A stretch of 64,000 nucleotides of DNA from a candidate division FCPU426 bacterium (lineage in GTDB: Bacteria; Oederibacteriota; Muellerivitia; Muellerivitales; Muellerivitaceae), in the NCBI GenBank assembly GCA_963738405.1, contig CAVTWJ010000009.1, forward strand, positions 32,001 through 96,000. Reading direction: 5' to 3'. Below, piece after piece: positions 48,553-58,347 of this stretch (position 1 is its first letter; each line of letters opens with the position of its first letter). A program made the translations under genes and the position numbers. Below the pieces are notes generated by a model, which was not told the origin of the DNA, made no database searches, and was given only the letters and a program-made list of their open reading frames with translations.

Positions 48553-49695
48553 TTACTTCACCAGCGCCCCTTGGGCCAAAGGCGTCTCGGCCACGGAAAC
48601 CACCTGATTGGGTTTTCGGACCGGCACTTCCCAAACCCCAGGGATGGCCTTTTGGCATTGGGGGCAGGTTCCCCCCTTTTGCAGTAGATTCTTTTGAACC
48701 CGGTAGCCTGTTCTTTCCACCAATAAGGTTTCGCAGGAGGGGCAGTAGGTATTTTCGGTGGTTCCCACCTCGCCGGGCCGGTTGCCCGAATAGACAAAAT
48801 CCAATCCCGCCGCGCGGCCGATCTCGTAACTTAGGTTCAATTGGCTGGGCCCCGTTGGGGGCCTATCTTCCATTTTGTAATCGGGGTGGAAGGCCGTCAC
48901 GTGCCAGGGAATTTCCCTTGAGACGGAGGCGATAAAGCGGGCAATAGAGGAAAGCTCCTCCTCGCTATCGTTCAAGCCTGGAACCACCAGGGTCACCACC
49001 TCCACCCAGAAGCCCATGTTTTTTAGCCGTTCTAGGCTTTCCAAGACGGGTTTCAGGGTTCCGCCGAAGTGCTTGCGGTAGGTTGGGTCCTTGAAGCTTT
49101 TCAGGTCCACTTTATAAAGGTCGAGCCGGGGCCGAAGATATTCCAATACCTCGCGGGTGGCGTTGCCGTTGGAGACGAAAGAAGTTAAAAAGCCCCGGGT
49201 CCTAGCCAAATCAAATACCTGGGCGGCCCACTCGGCCGTGATGAGGGGTTCGTTATAGGTGGAAGTCACCACCCGGCATTCGTTTTGAAAGGCCAGGTCC
49301 ACGATCTCCCGGGCGGTTAGATCGGTCAGGGCGGAGGAGGCTTCGGCGCAGTCCGGGTCCCGCAGGGCCTGGCTGGTAAACCAGTTCTGGCAGTAATCGC
49401 AGCGGTAGTCGCATCCCAGCATGCCGAAAGAAAAGGCTCGGGAGCCGGGAAGAACATGGAAAAAAGGTTTTTTCTCGATCGGGTCCACCTGAAGGGCGCC
49501 GGTATAGCCGCTGGGAACCTTGAGGATGCCCGCCTCGTTGAAACGCACCTGGCAGACGCCCTTGCGCCCTAGGGGGATAGGGCAGCGGTGCCCGCAGGCG
49601 TAACAACGGACCTTGCCGTCCTCCAGTTTTTCGTAAAGCTCGCCTGGTACGGTGCGGGCCCCCAGCATTTTTTCCAGCGTGGTTTTCTCGCTCAT
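48553..49695 (-). CDS. amrS: AmmeMemoRadiSam system radical SAM enzyme
   Basis: N-terminal CYACGHRC...CQVR, DPIEKKPFFH, CDYRCDYCQNW and C-terminal CPSC/CPQC. Confidence 0.9.
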   Translation of the reverse strand: MSEKTTLEKMLGARTVPGELYEKLEDGKVRCYACGHRCPIPLGRKGVCQVRFNEAGILKVPSGYTGALQVDPIEKKPFFHVLPGSRAFSFGMLGCDYRCDYCQNWFTSQALRDPDCAEASSALTDLTAREIVDLAFQNECRVVTSTYNEPLITAEWAAQVFDLARTRGFLTSFVSNGNATREVLEYLRPRLDLYKVDLKSFKDPTYRKHFGGTLKPVLESLERLKNMGFWVEVVTLVVPGLNDSEEELSSIARFIASVSREIPWHVTAFHPDYKMEDRPPTGPSQLNLSYEIGRAAGLDFVYSGNRPGEVGTTENTYCPSCETLLVERTGYRVQKNLLQKGGTCPQCQKAIPGVWEVPVRKPNQVVSVAETPLAQGALVK

Positions 49696-49786
49696 GGCCT
49701 CATTTTAGACCTGCCGGGTGTCAAAATTGGGCTCCCTCGGGCATAAAAAGACGTAAAATCATTTGCACTAAAGATTGAAGGAAAAC

Positions 49787-51202
49787 ATGTCCAAAGCTAA
49801 AGCCCGTAAGGCCGCACTCGGCATCCCCAAGGATGTCCCCAAACCCGTCCCCTCCTCCGCGAACGCCCGCAAGGGCCTGGAATGGCTGGACGCCCTCATT
49901 TTGTTGGAAGGCGTTTTCGGCGGTAAGTCGGGGAAGGCTTTTCGCAGGGTCTTGCGCTGGCTTTCCAGCAAAGAAGAGGAGGACCCGGCCAAGGGTTTTC
50001 GCCGATGGGGAAAATTTTGGAGGGAAGTTTTGGAGTTCGAGGAATTTGTCACCCACCCACGAATCGGGACCCTCCTGCAGGATTTCTGGCTGGAGCGGCT
50101 TTTGGAAGACGCCAACGCCTTTCACCGCAAGGCGGAACAATCTCCGCTATCGGGCATCAGCCCATCGCTTTACCAGGCCTATTTAAGGGAATTAGACCTA
50201 TACCTCAAGATTCTCAAGATCGATTGGGAAGGGGAGTTTTTGAAAAAGTCCGGCCTCTTGGGCCGGGCGGAAGCGCCCTCGCTTGAGGGCGTGAAGGAAA
50301 CCAAGAAAACCAAAGAGCTTACGGTCCCCACGGCCTCCCGCGCGGCTTTGAAGGATATTTTGCTTCGTGGCGCGGAGCCCATAAGGTCCAAAGTTGAATT
50401 GATCGCGGAACATTTTCAGGAGAACGGCTGGGGGCTCTTCGGGCGTTACCGGGCCTTTCGGTGGGAAGACCGGGGAACGGGCGGAAACCTAGTGGGCTTG
50501 GAATCCCTGGACCCTATCCGTCTCAACCAGTTGGTGGGCTATGGGGAACAGCGCCAGCCTTTGATTGATAATATCGAAGCCTTTGTCGCCGGTAAAACCG
50601 CCAACAACGTTTTGATTTACGGGGAAAGGGGAACGGGAAAGTCTTCCACGGTAAAGGCGCTGTTGAATGAATACGGGGATAAGGGGCTAAGGCTTGTGGA
50701 AGTTTCCCCGACGGACTTAAAGGAACTGCACGATATCCTTCCCCTGCTTCGGGGCAGGCGTGAAAAGTTCGTCCTCTTTGTGGACGATTTGTCTTTTGAG
50801 GAGAACGAGACATCTTACAAGGGCCTCAAGGCCATTCTGGAAGGAACACTGGAGCCGACACCCAAAAACGTCATCCTGATCGCCACTTCCAACCGGCGCC
50901 ATCTGGTGAAGGAATTCTTTTCCGACCGCACCGAAGGGGTTCAGAAGGATGGGGAAATTCATGGGGCGGATACGGTAGAGGAAAAACTTTCCCTCTCTGA
51001 CCGTTTCGGTCTGGTGATTTCGTTCTACTCACCCGATCAGGAAACCTATTTCAAAATGGTGGATAGTTGGGCGAAGGCCGAAGGCATCAAAATTCCGGTC
51101 GATCAATTACACCTAAAGGCCGCCCAATGGGAAAGAGCCAACAACAGCCGGTCGGGAAGAACGGCACGGCAGTTTATTAATGATCTGCAAGGGAGAATTT
51201 AG
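49787..51202 (+). CDS. DUF815-family AAA+ ATPase
   Basis: ANNVLIYGERGTGKSS, FVDDLSF, ATSNRRHL, EEKLSLSDRFG and RSGRTARQF motifs. Confidence 0.9.
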   Translation: MSKAKARKAALGIPKDVPKPVPSSANARKGLEWLDALILLEGVFGGKSGKAFRRVLRWLSSKEEEDPAKGFRRWGKFWREVLEFEEFVTHPRIGTLLQDFWLERLLEDANAFHRKAEQSPLSGISPSLYQAYLRELDLYLKILKIDWEGEFLKKSGLLGRAEAPSLEGVKETKKTKELTVPTASRAALKDILLRGAEPIRSKVELIAEHFQENGWGLFGRYRAFRWEDRGTGGNLVGLESLDPIRLNQLVGYGEQRQPLIDNIEAFVAGKTANNVLIYGERGTGKSSTVKALLNEYGDKGLRLVEVSPTDLKELHDILPLLRGRREKFVLFVDDLSFEENETSYKGLKAILEGTLEPTPKNVILIATSNRRHLVKEFFSDRTEGVQKDGEIHGADTVEEKLSLSDRFGLVISFYSPDQETYFKMVDSWAKAEGIKIPVDQLHLKAAQWERANNSRSGRTARQFINDLQGRI

Positions 51203-51221
51203 ATGGTGGCTAGAACGGTCG

Positions 51222-52832
51222 TCATGGAGTGACAGTCATGGTTTGAGTGGGTGTGGATGTACATGTTTGAGTAGCAGTAACGGTCGGGGTGTTTGTAGAA
51301 GTGAGTGTTGGAGTAACGGTGGAGGTCCAACCCATCCAATTGGTGGCTGAAGCGGTAGCCGTCATTGTCTGCGTTGGCGTAATTGTAGGAGTAAGAGATG
51401 GTGTGAGGGTTTCGGTATCAGTGATGGTTGATGTAAATCCCCCCAAATTGGTAGCGGTAATGGTCGGTGTAATTGTTGCCGTAAAGGTTTGGGTGGGCGT
51501 GAAAGTGTCGGTTGGAGTTGGAGTTATGGTGTAGGAGTTGGTGGGAGTTTCCGTCATCGTTTGGGTCGAGGTATTCGTTGCTGTGAAAGAAAGCGTGGCC
51601 GTAAAGGTTTCGGTAGTAGTGGAAGTAAACCCGCCCAAATTGGTTGCCGTGGAAGTGGCGGTTGGCGTATTTGTCAGTGTAGAAGTGGCGGTTTGGGTCA
51701 TTGTTTGGGTTGGTGAAAATGTGGGGCTATTGGTTGGTGTCACTGTACTGCCGATATTGGTGGGAGTGGATGTCATCGTTTGAGTCGGAGTATTCGTGGT
51801 GGTTTTGGTCTGGGTCACGCAAGGGGTGATGGTGACTGTTGGAGTCATCGTTTTGGTCATCGTGTTAGTGGGGGTTCCTTCCGGGGTGGCGGTCATTGTT
51901 TGGGTTGGTGAAAATGTGGGGCTATTGGTTGGAGTCACTGTACTGCCGATACTGGTGGGAGTGGATGTCATCGTTTGAGTCGGAGTATTCGTGGTGGTTT
52001 TGGTCTGGGTCACGCAAGGGGTGATGGTGACTGTTGCAGTCATCGTTTTGGTCATTGTGTTAGTGGGGGTTCCTTCCGGGGTGGCGGTCATTGTTTGGGT
52101 TGGTGAAAATGTGGGACTATTGGTTGGAGTCACTGTACTGCCGATACTGGTGGGAGTGGATGTTATCGTTTGAGTCGGAGTATTCGTGGTGGTTTGGGTC
52201 TGGGTCACGCATGGGGTAATGGTGGGTGTAACCGTTTGTGTGAGTTGATCGGTTGGAACGGGGGTAAAGGTAGAACTTTGGTTTGCCCCGACGCCCCAGG
52301 GTGAAAAATGGTTAGAAGTAACGGTAAAGACATGATTCACCGTGTCTTGGGCTTGAGTGGGTGCTTCTACCCAAGCGCTGCCGTTGTAAAAAATCACTTC
52401 CAATTGGCTTGTCGTAGAACCGAATGGAATATTGGCCGGGTTATAAGTGAAAAACATGGAGACACTGCCGGTCAGGGTGGCCGAGCCTGAATCGTAATAA
52501 TAAACATCCCCTACGGCTTTAAGGTAACTGGGCAGGGGTGGGGCGGTAGAAAAGGCGGCCTCCGTAATGCTTACTGTCGTGCTTTGACTCAAGACTCCCT
52601 GGGGAATAATGATTCCTGTTTGGTCGGGAAGAAAAATAGTCGCGCCCGCGGTTTTGTCGACAAACTCAGATTGGGTCGCGATGGGTACGGGTGTGGCGGT
52701 TGGATTTGGTGGTTTGGGGGAAGTGGGACTGAGGGAATAGGTTTTGCTGCTCGTGCAAGCCCAGCCAAGGAATAAAAGGATCGGCAGGACAAAAAGAAAA
52801 ACCAAAACAATTAAAGTGTGACGGGAGAACAT
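51222..52832 (-). CDS. Lipoprotein with ZU5-like N-terminal domain and very long Thr/Pro-rich mucin-like tail
   Basis: Lipobox GWAC; IIPQGVL...NHFSPW domain; about 350 aa of TxT/TPT repeats. Confidence 0.8.
   Translation of the reverse strand: MFSRHTLIVLVFLFVLPILLFLGWACTSSKTYSLSPTSPKPPNPTATPVPIATQSEFVDKTAGATIFLPDQTGIIIPQGVLSQSTTVSITEAAFSTAPPLPSYLKAVGDVYYYDSGSATLTGSVSMFFTYNPANIPFGSTTSQLEVIFYNGSAWVEAPTQAQDTVNHVFTVTSNHFSPWGVGANQSSTFTPVPTDQLTQTVTPTITPCVTQTQTTTNTPTQTITSTPTSIGSTVTPTNSPTFSPTQTMTATPEGTPTNTMTKTMTATVTITPCVTQTKTTTNTPTQTMTSTPTSIGSTVTPTNSPTFSPTQTMTATPEGTPTNTMTKTMTPTVTITPCVTQTKTTTNTPTQTMTSTPTNIGSTVTPTNSPTFSPTQTMTQTATSTLTNTPTATSTATNLGGFTSTTTETFTATLSFTATNTSTQTMTETPTNSYTITPTPTDTFTPTQTFTATITPTITATNLGGFTSTITDTETLTPSLTPTITPTQTMTATASATNWMGWTSTVTPTLTSTNTPTVTATQTCTSTPTQTMTVTP
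51696..52224 (-). repeat. Intragenic tandem repeat, 195-bp unit, about 2.7 copies
   Basis: ggtcattgtttgggttggtgaaaatgtggg recurs at 51696, 51891 and 52086. Confidence 0.92.
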
Positions 52833-52991
52833 AGCGCCCCCTCCTCAAACCAACTTTGGTATCAAAAAAAGATATTGGCTCTTCATAATCTAGAGAGATA
52901 GATCCTTATTTTATTCCTCTTTTGGGGATAAAAATTCTAAAAAACACCTAAAATAAGCCAACGAAATGAAAGCAGGTCATGAAAGAGGCGA

Positions 52992-53471
52992 ATGATGCCG
53001 GTTGATTTCACAGTTTTTAAGGATGCCGTCCCCTATCGGGGCTTCAAAGACAAGGATTGGGACCTTTTCGGAGGGATTTTTCAGGAAAAATCCTTTCCTG
53101 TGGGCGCCCATGTTTTCAAAGAAAACGATCCCGGGGACGGACTTTTCCTCATTCGTTCCGGCAAGATCCGCATCAGCCGCCAAGTGGTGCCCGATGGCCG
53201 CAGGGAAGCCTATGAGCAGCTTTTGATCGTTCTGACCTCGGGAATGCTGTTTGGTGAGATGGCCATCGTGGATAACGCCCCCCGGTCAGCGGACGCGATC
53301 GCGGAGGAAAAATCCACCCTCTTTTGGATGCCCCATGCCGAGTACGAAAGGCTCAAAACCGAGCATCCGGCCACGGCCCTGAGGGTTCAGGATCTAGTAG
53401 TGGTGACCCTTTGCTCCCGCATCCGTGAAGCCAACCACAGCTTTGAAACTATCCGGTTCTGGTGCACTTAA
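52992..53471 (+). CDS. Stand-alone cyclic-nucleotide-binding domain protein
   Basis: VFKENDPGDGLFLIRSG and FGEMAIVDNAPRSA; no HTH. Confidence 0.88.
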   Translation: MMPVDFTVFKDAVPYRGFKDKDWDLFGGIFQEKSFPVGAHVFKENDPGDGLFLIRSGKIRISRQVVPDGRREAYEQLLIVLTSGMLFGEMAIVDNAPRSADAIAEEKSTLFWMPHAEYERLKTEHPATALRVQDLVVVTLCSRIREANHSFETIRFWCT

Positions 53472-53555
53472 AACCAGTCCGAAGTTGGCAGTTTGCAGTC
53501 GGCAGCCAGTCCATCTCCCGTTGAAACGGCCCACGAAATAAATGAGAAAACCCCT

Positions 53556-54512
53556 GTGTTGAAAATACAACGAATCCAAACTGCCATCATGTTCATGGCA
53601 GTCTTTTCATTCTTAGAACCGGTGTGGGCAGGATCGAAAATAAAGCCCCCTGTTTTTCCTTCTTTAGTCCTCTGCACCCAGCGGGGCCACGTGGCCCATG
53701 TTTCTCAAAATAAAATCGATTTGGAATACGACGGGGACGGCCAAGCCCGTGAAATTCAGCCCCAGCCCGCCGAGGCCCGGGTACTGGTCACTGGGGGGCC
53801 GCGCCAAGTTTATCTTTTGCGCAAGGTGGACAGCGGTTTAAGAATCCTTTGGGACTGGTCGAACCTGGAGGGAGTTTCCATTGTCAGCGCCGCCGCCGCC
53901 GACTGGAATTTAAAGGGCGAACCCACCCTCATCCTCGCGGGGGACGCCCTCGGCAAACGGTTGATCTTGGCCGAGGCGAAATCCACCGGAATAAAAATTC
54001 GGTGGCAATATCCCCTTCCAGATCTGCCCGTGAAGGTAAAAGTCTGCCCGGACAGCGGAAATTTTCTTGTGCTTTTGGAAAACGGAACGATTGAGGAAAT
54101 CCAGTTTCAAGTGGATCAACTGGCATGGCAATGGAATGCGGACAAGGGATCGAGCTCTCTTAAGGACGCTCTGCGGGGCCCGTTAGGGGATACCTATGCG
54201 GTTCAAACCGATGGAATGGTACTTTGCATCCACCACGATAAAACCATCGCCTGGAAAACCCAGCTCCCTTTCCAAAACGCCGGGAGAAAACTGGACCAGG
54301 CTTCGCTTTCTCTTTATAAGAAAAAGGGAAACAGCTGGCTGATGGTATCGGTCCATGATCTAAAAGGACCGGGAGCCACAGATATTCTCTACCTGCTTAA
54401 TCCCGAAAGCGGAAAGGTCATGAATTTCAGTGATCATTTGGGAAAGGAAGTCTATCCCTTCTTAGCTTCCGCAGTTCCAGATGAACCCTTCTATTACCGG
54501 AAACAACAATGA
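53556..54512 (+). CDS. Secreted protein, probable beta-propeller
   Basis: Signal peptide ending VWA; recurring ILWDW/IRWQY/LAWQW/IAWKT strands; start uncertain. Confidence 0.6.
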   Translation: MLKIQRIQTAIMFMAVFSFLEPVWAGSKIKPPVFPSLVLCTQRGHVAHVSQNKIDLEYDGDGQAREIQPQPAEARVLVTGGPRQVYLLRKVDSGLRILWDWSNLEGVSIVSAAAADWNLKGEPTLILAGDALGKRLILAEAKSTGIKIRWQYPLPDLPVKVKVCPDSGNFLVLLENGTIEEIQFQVDQLAWQWNADKGSSSLKDALRGPLGDTYAVQTDGMVLCIHHDKTIAWKTQLPFQNAGRKLDQASLSLYKKKGNSWLMVSVHDLKGPGATDILYLLNPESGKVMNFSDHLGKEVYPFLASAVPDEPFYYRKQQ

Positions 54513-55615
54513 ACCCTATCAATCAATCCAAAGTCTGCGCGGCGCTGTTTCTTATTTTGACCTGCGGGTCTTTGGATTCGAGAGCCCGGGCCCAAGAGGG
54601 AAGTTTGTTTTCCGGAGAGGCGTCGGTGGAAGCGGGGTTGTATAGCCCTTCCACCACGGGAACCTATGGTCTTTCACGCCTTCTATTAAAAAACGAGGAT
54701 GACCTGGATTCGGATCTTTTGCTTTCCTTCGCCGGGGAAGCTGACGCACAGGCCACCGGATCCGATTTATCGCCCTCTTGGCCGGTTTACCCTCAAACCA
54801 ACGCCCTGCGGCTTCAAACCGATAATCTGCCCGGAACGGATGGAACCCTTTACAGCCTTCAATTGGACCGGGCTTTTATAAAATGGACCACCGGCCCCTT
54901 GGAAGTTAAAGCAGGCCTTCAGGATTTCGATTGGGGTTCCTCTTATCTTTACCGCCCGACGGATTATTTCTTTCCCGTACCTCCCCTGGTTTGGCAAAGG
55001 GACGAGCCCTTGGGAAGCGAGGCCCTGGACGCCTCCTGCTTCCTTTTCGAATTTCTAACCGCCGAGGGGGCGGTCCGCTTTCTCGATTCAGGAAGGGCCG
55101 AGGGAGTTATTCGGCTCGTGAACAAGGGGATTGGGATAGGGGTCAGCCCCAGTTTTGCCTTTTTGTCAAACCGTAACGGGGCGGGGTTGGAACTCTCCGG
55201 AACCTTTCCTGATTTTCAGGCCAGACTGGAGGGAGTGAACTGGTTTTACTCGGACGGCACGACCCGACTGGAATGGGTGGCGGGTCTTTCGACCGTGAAA
55301 AACCAAACCACTTTCAATCTTGAGTTTTATAAAGACGCTTCGGGTCAAGTCTTGGGCGGTTTCTCCAACGGATATACATCCGCTTCCTATTTTTTCGCTT
55401 CGGTTGAGAAGAGGTTTCCTGCAAAATGGGGGGCCTTCGCAGGTCTGCTCAAGTCGGTGGACGGGGGACCGGCCCTTTTTTGGATTAAGGCCGAAGTGGA
55501 CCTCGACCCGAATTTGGGCTTGAGCTACCAGGCTTGGCTGCCCATCGGGGCGGAGGACGGCCCTCTCGCGGGGCTGACGCACCGAAGCGGCATTTCCATC
55601 ACAGACACTTTTTAA
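54509..55615 (+). CDS. Outer-membrane beta-barrel protein
   Basis: Signal peptide, LDRAFI...AGLQDFDWG...PTDYF motif, C-terminal Phe. Confidence 0.7.
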   Translation: MNPINQSKVCAALFLILTCGSLDSRARAQEGSLFSGEASVEAGLYSPSTTGTYGLSRLLLKNEDDLDSDLLLSFAGEADAQATGSDLSPSWPVYPQTNALRLQTDNLPGTDGTLYSLQLDRAFIKWTTGPLEVKAGLQDFDWGSSYLYRPTDYFFPVPPLVWQRDEPLGSEALDASCFLFEFLTAEGAVRFLDSGRAEGVIRLVNKGIGIGVSPSFAFLSNRNGAGLELSGTFPDFQARLEGVNWFYSDGTTRLEWVAGLSTVKNQTTFNLEFYKDASGQVLGGFSNGYTSASYFFASVEKRFPAKWGAFAGLLKSVDGGPALFWIKAEVDLDPNLGLSYQAWLPIGAEDGPLAGLTHRSGISITDTF

Positions 55616-55625
55616 CGGGGAACCC

Positions 55626-56216
55626 ATGGAACCAACTGTCATTGACCGCAAGGTCCTTCCGAACAACCTGATCATGATTGGGATGTTTGGGAGCGGGAAG
55701 AGCACCATCGGCCGCCACCTGGCCCAAAAAATCCGCTACGATTTTGTGGATGTGGATCAGTTGATCGAGCGCCGGTACCAGAAGCCCCTCGGCCGGGTGA
55801 TGGATATGCTGGGAATGAAAGGCTTCATGAAGGCGGAAGAAGAGGTGATCCTCACCCTCCGCAACCGCCATTGCGTCATCGCTCCCGGAGGAAGCGCGGT
55901 TTATTATCCCAAAGCCATGAAACATCTGAAAAACTTGGGCCCCTGCGTTTTCCTGAAGGTCCCCCAGGGGGAATTGAAGGCCCGCGTGGGGGGGCCGTTA
56001 AAGGCGCATGTGGTACGCCGGGGAGGAAGCACTTTGCGGGCGCTCTTCGCGGAACGGAAGCCCCTTTACGACCGTTACGCCGATTTGACCGTGGACGGCG
56101 CCAGCCATTCGGTCGAAAAGATATGCGGCTTGATCCTTTATCAATTGGGCGCGATTCCCAAACCGCCCAGGGCAAAAAAAACAAAATCGAAACGCAAGAG
56201 TCCCTTGATCCGCTAA
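55626..56216 (+). CDS. aroK: Shikimate kinase
   Basis: GMFGSGKSTIG, DVD, PGG and ERKPLY motifs. Confidence 0.85.
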   Translation: MEPTVIDRKVLPNNLIMIGMFGSGKSTIGRHLAQKIRYDFVDVDQLIERRYQKPLGRVMDMLGMKGFMKAEEEVILTLRNRHCVIAPGGSAVYYPKAMKHLKNLGPCVFLKVPQGELKARVGGPLKAHVVRRGGSTLRALFAERKPLYDRYADLTVDGASHSVEKICGLILYQLGAIPKPPRAKKTKSKRKSPLIR

Positions 56217-56253
56217 TCCCTGGCGGCCTTTTGGGCTCCCTCGAGAAACAACC

Positions 56254-57021
56254 ATGGAAAATTTAAGAGTTTACGGTTCTGCCCCTTTCACAGTCACCCT
56301 TCTGCATGGCGGGCCCGGGGCGCCCGGTGAAATGGCCCCTGTTGCCGATGAACTGGCCCTGGCCCGAGGCGTTTTGGAACCCCTCCAAACCCGAAACACC
56401 ATCGAAGACCTCATTCAGGAATTAAAGATGATTTTGGAAGAGCATGCCGTTCTCCCGACGGTTCTGGTGGGATATTCCTGGGGAGCCTGGCTGGGGCTTT
56501 TGACCGCGGCGCGCTTTCCCAACCTGGTTCGCAAGCTCATCCTGGTTTCCAGCGGTCCCCTTGAGGAAAAATACGCCGCTGAAATCACCCAAACCCGTTT
56601 GAACAGGCTCAGTTCGGAAGAAAGGAAAGAGGCCCGTCACCTGTTGGGCAAGAAGAACCTCCAACCGGGTGAATTCGCCCGTCTGGGGGAATTGATGGTC
56701 CTCGCGGACGATTTCGACCCCCTTCCCCTGAAGCCGGAGGGGCTCCTTCTCAATCCGGAACAATTTGAAAGGATTTGGAATGAAGCCTCTGCCTTGCGGA
56801 AAAGTGGGAAACTTTTGGAGGAAGCAAAACAAATAACATGTCCCGTGGTCGCGATTCACGGCGACCATGATCCCCACCCCTCAGCGGGTGTGGAGGCCCC
56901 TCTAACGGGGCTTTTGGCTGATTTTAAATTCATTCTCCTCGAAAAATGCGGCCATACCCCCTGGATGGAAAAAAGGGCTCGGGAAACCTTTTTTAAGGTT
57001 TTGGAAAGGGAATTGGACTGA
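56254..57021 (+). CDS. Alpha/beta hydrolase
   Basis: HGGPG, GYSWG, HGDHD and CGHTPW motifs. Confidence 0.9.
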   Translation: MENLRVYGSAPFTVTLLHGGPGAPGEMAPVADELALARGVLEPLQTRNTIEDLIQELKMILEEHAVLPTVLVGYSWGAWLGLLTAARFPNLVRKLILVSSGPLEEKYAAEITQTRLNRLSSEERKEARHLLGKKNLQPGEFARLGELMVLADDFDPLPLKPEGLLLNPEQFERIWNEASALRKSGKLLEEAKQITCPVVAIHGDHDPHPSAGVEAPLTGLLADFKFILLEKCGHTPWMEKRARETFFKVLERELD

Positions 57022-57040
57022 GGAGGCGGCAGTGCCCGCC

Positions 57041-57778
57041 CTATTGAATGATCCCGTCCTTAATCCGCACTTTGCTTTGTATCGTCCGTTCACCCGATTG
57101 GATTTCAAAACTGTAGGCGCCGGGCGGGGCTGGGGTTCCGCTGTCGGTTGTTCCATCCCAAGTGAAGATTTGCTTGCCCGCTGGGAGCATTCCGTTAAAT
57201 AGGTGCCGGATGAGGACATGATCGGCGTCAAAGACCCTGACGGTCGCGAGGCCCGCTTCCGGGTTGTCCACGACCATCGAAAGCTGTTCGAACTGCTTTC
57301 CCCTAACCGAAAGGTTAGAGGCCGTCGGCACCGGGGGGACAGGCGGGGAAGAATAAGAGAATGAGGGAACTGGCACTGACAGCGCCGGGGGAATCCGGGA
57401 AGCCTTTTTTTCGACGGGGACCACCCGTAATTCCAGGGAGGGATGATCCTCGGGAAGCCGAGTCACCGAGGAAGCCGGCATGGGGCTGTGGTAATTGAGG
57501 AAGATTCCCACCAGATGAACCAAGAGGGCGATCAATCCCAGGTTTAACAAGGCTAAAAGGGACAGGGGAATCCAAGAACCGATGCTGCTCCAAAAACTCG
57601 TGGGAAGGGCGTGTTCAGCCCATTGGGGCTCGGCCTGGCCGGACTGGCGGTAAAGCTCGGCCATGCGGTCGGCCATCCGGCTTGCGGCATCGGGCGATTG
57701 ATCCAGAAGCCGGGTCAATTGGGCTTCTTCGGGGGCGCTTAACTCGCGCTTAAAATATTCTTCCACCAAATCGTTCAC
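57041..57778 (-). CDS. Putative anti-sigma factor with C-terminal FlgD Ig-like domain
   Basis: Coupled to the ECF gene; short N-terminal helical domain, one TM helix, Pro/Ser linker, VRVFD...LIRHL...TWDGTTDSG...GAY motif. Confidence 0.75.
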   Translation of the reverse strand: MNDLVEEYFKRELSAPEEAQLTRLLDQSPDAASRMADRMAELYRQSGQAEPQWAEHALPTSFWSSIGSWIPLSLLALLNLGLIALLVHLVGIFLNYHSPMPASSVTRLPEDHPSLELRVVPVEKKASRIPPALSVPVPSFSYSSPPVPPVPTASNLSVRGKQFEQLSMVVDNPEAGLATVRVFDADHVLIRHLFNGMLPAGKQIFTWDGTTDSGTPAPPGAYSFEIQSGERTIQSKVRIKDGIIQ

Positions 57779-58347
57779 GGTTTCGCTTCTTTCAATTCAT
57801 TTTGCATCAGCTGTTTCAAGGCTTTACGGCACCGGGCCAACTGGGACATCACGGTTCCCGGGGGGATTTTCAACTGCTGCGCAAGCTGGATGTAGCTTAC
57901 CCCTTCCCGGTCCCTCAAAATAAGGATCTCCTTGCACTTTTCTCCCATCGAGTCAATCAGGGTATTCAGTTTTAAAAGGAGCGCCTTTTTTTCCTCCTCC
58001 TCGTCTTTTCTCTTTTGAAACCAGCCGGACTGGGAAAGGGTTAATTTTTCCAAATCTTGCTCTAAGGAAGACAAGAGCCGCTTACGTTTGCGGAGCCTTT
58101 CGTAGCAAAGGTTGACGCAAATATGGTTCAGCCACGTGTAAAGGCTGGACTCAAACCGGAATTTTCCCAATTTGCGCCAGGCGATGATGAAAGTGTCTTG
58201 GACCACATCCTCGGCGTCCGAGTCCCCCGAACCCAAAAAGTGGACGCAGACGGGATAAAGCCGCCTGGCGTAATCCCCGTAAAATTGGGCTTGGGCCTCC
58301 CTGTCTCCGGCCAGGATCCTTTCAACCAGGCTCCTTTCGTCGGACAT
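57775..58347 (-). CDS. ECF RNA polymerase sigma factor
   Basis: DAEDVVQDTF, SLYTWL and SYIQLAQQLKIPPGTVMSQLAR motifs. Confidence 0.93.
   Translation of the reverse strand: MSDERSLVERILAGDREAQAQFYGDYARRLYPVCVHFLGSGDSDAEDVVQDTFIIAWRKLGKFRFESSLYTWLNHICVNLCYERLRKRKRLLSSLEQDLEKLTLSQSGWFQKRKDEEEEKKALLLKLNTLIDSMGEKCKEILILRDREGVSYIQLAQQLKIPPGTVMSQLARCRKALKQLMQNELKEAKP

Noticed and set aside
51289..52224. Val/Gly-rich plus-strand ORFs, or the repeats as a CRISPR array
   Set aside because: They are the complement of Thr/Pro codons. The 195-bp units are contiguous and in frame, with no unique spacers and no cas genes.
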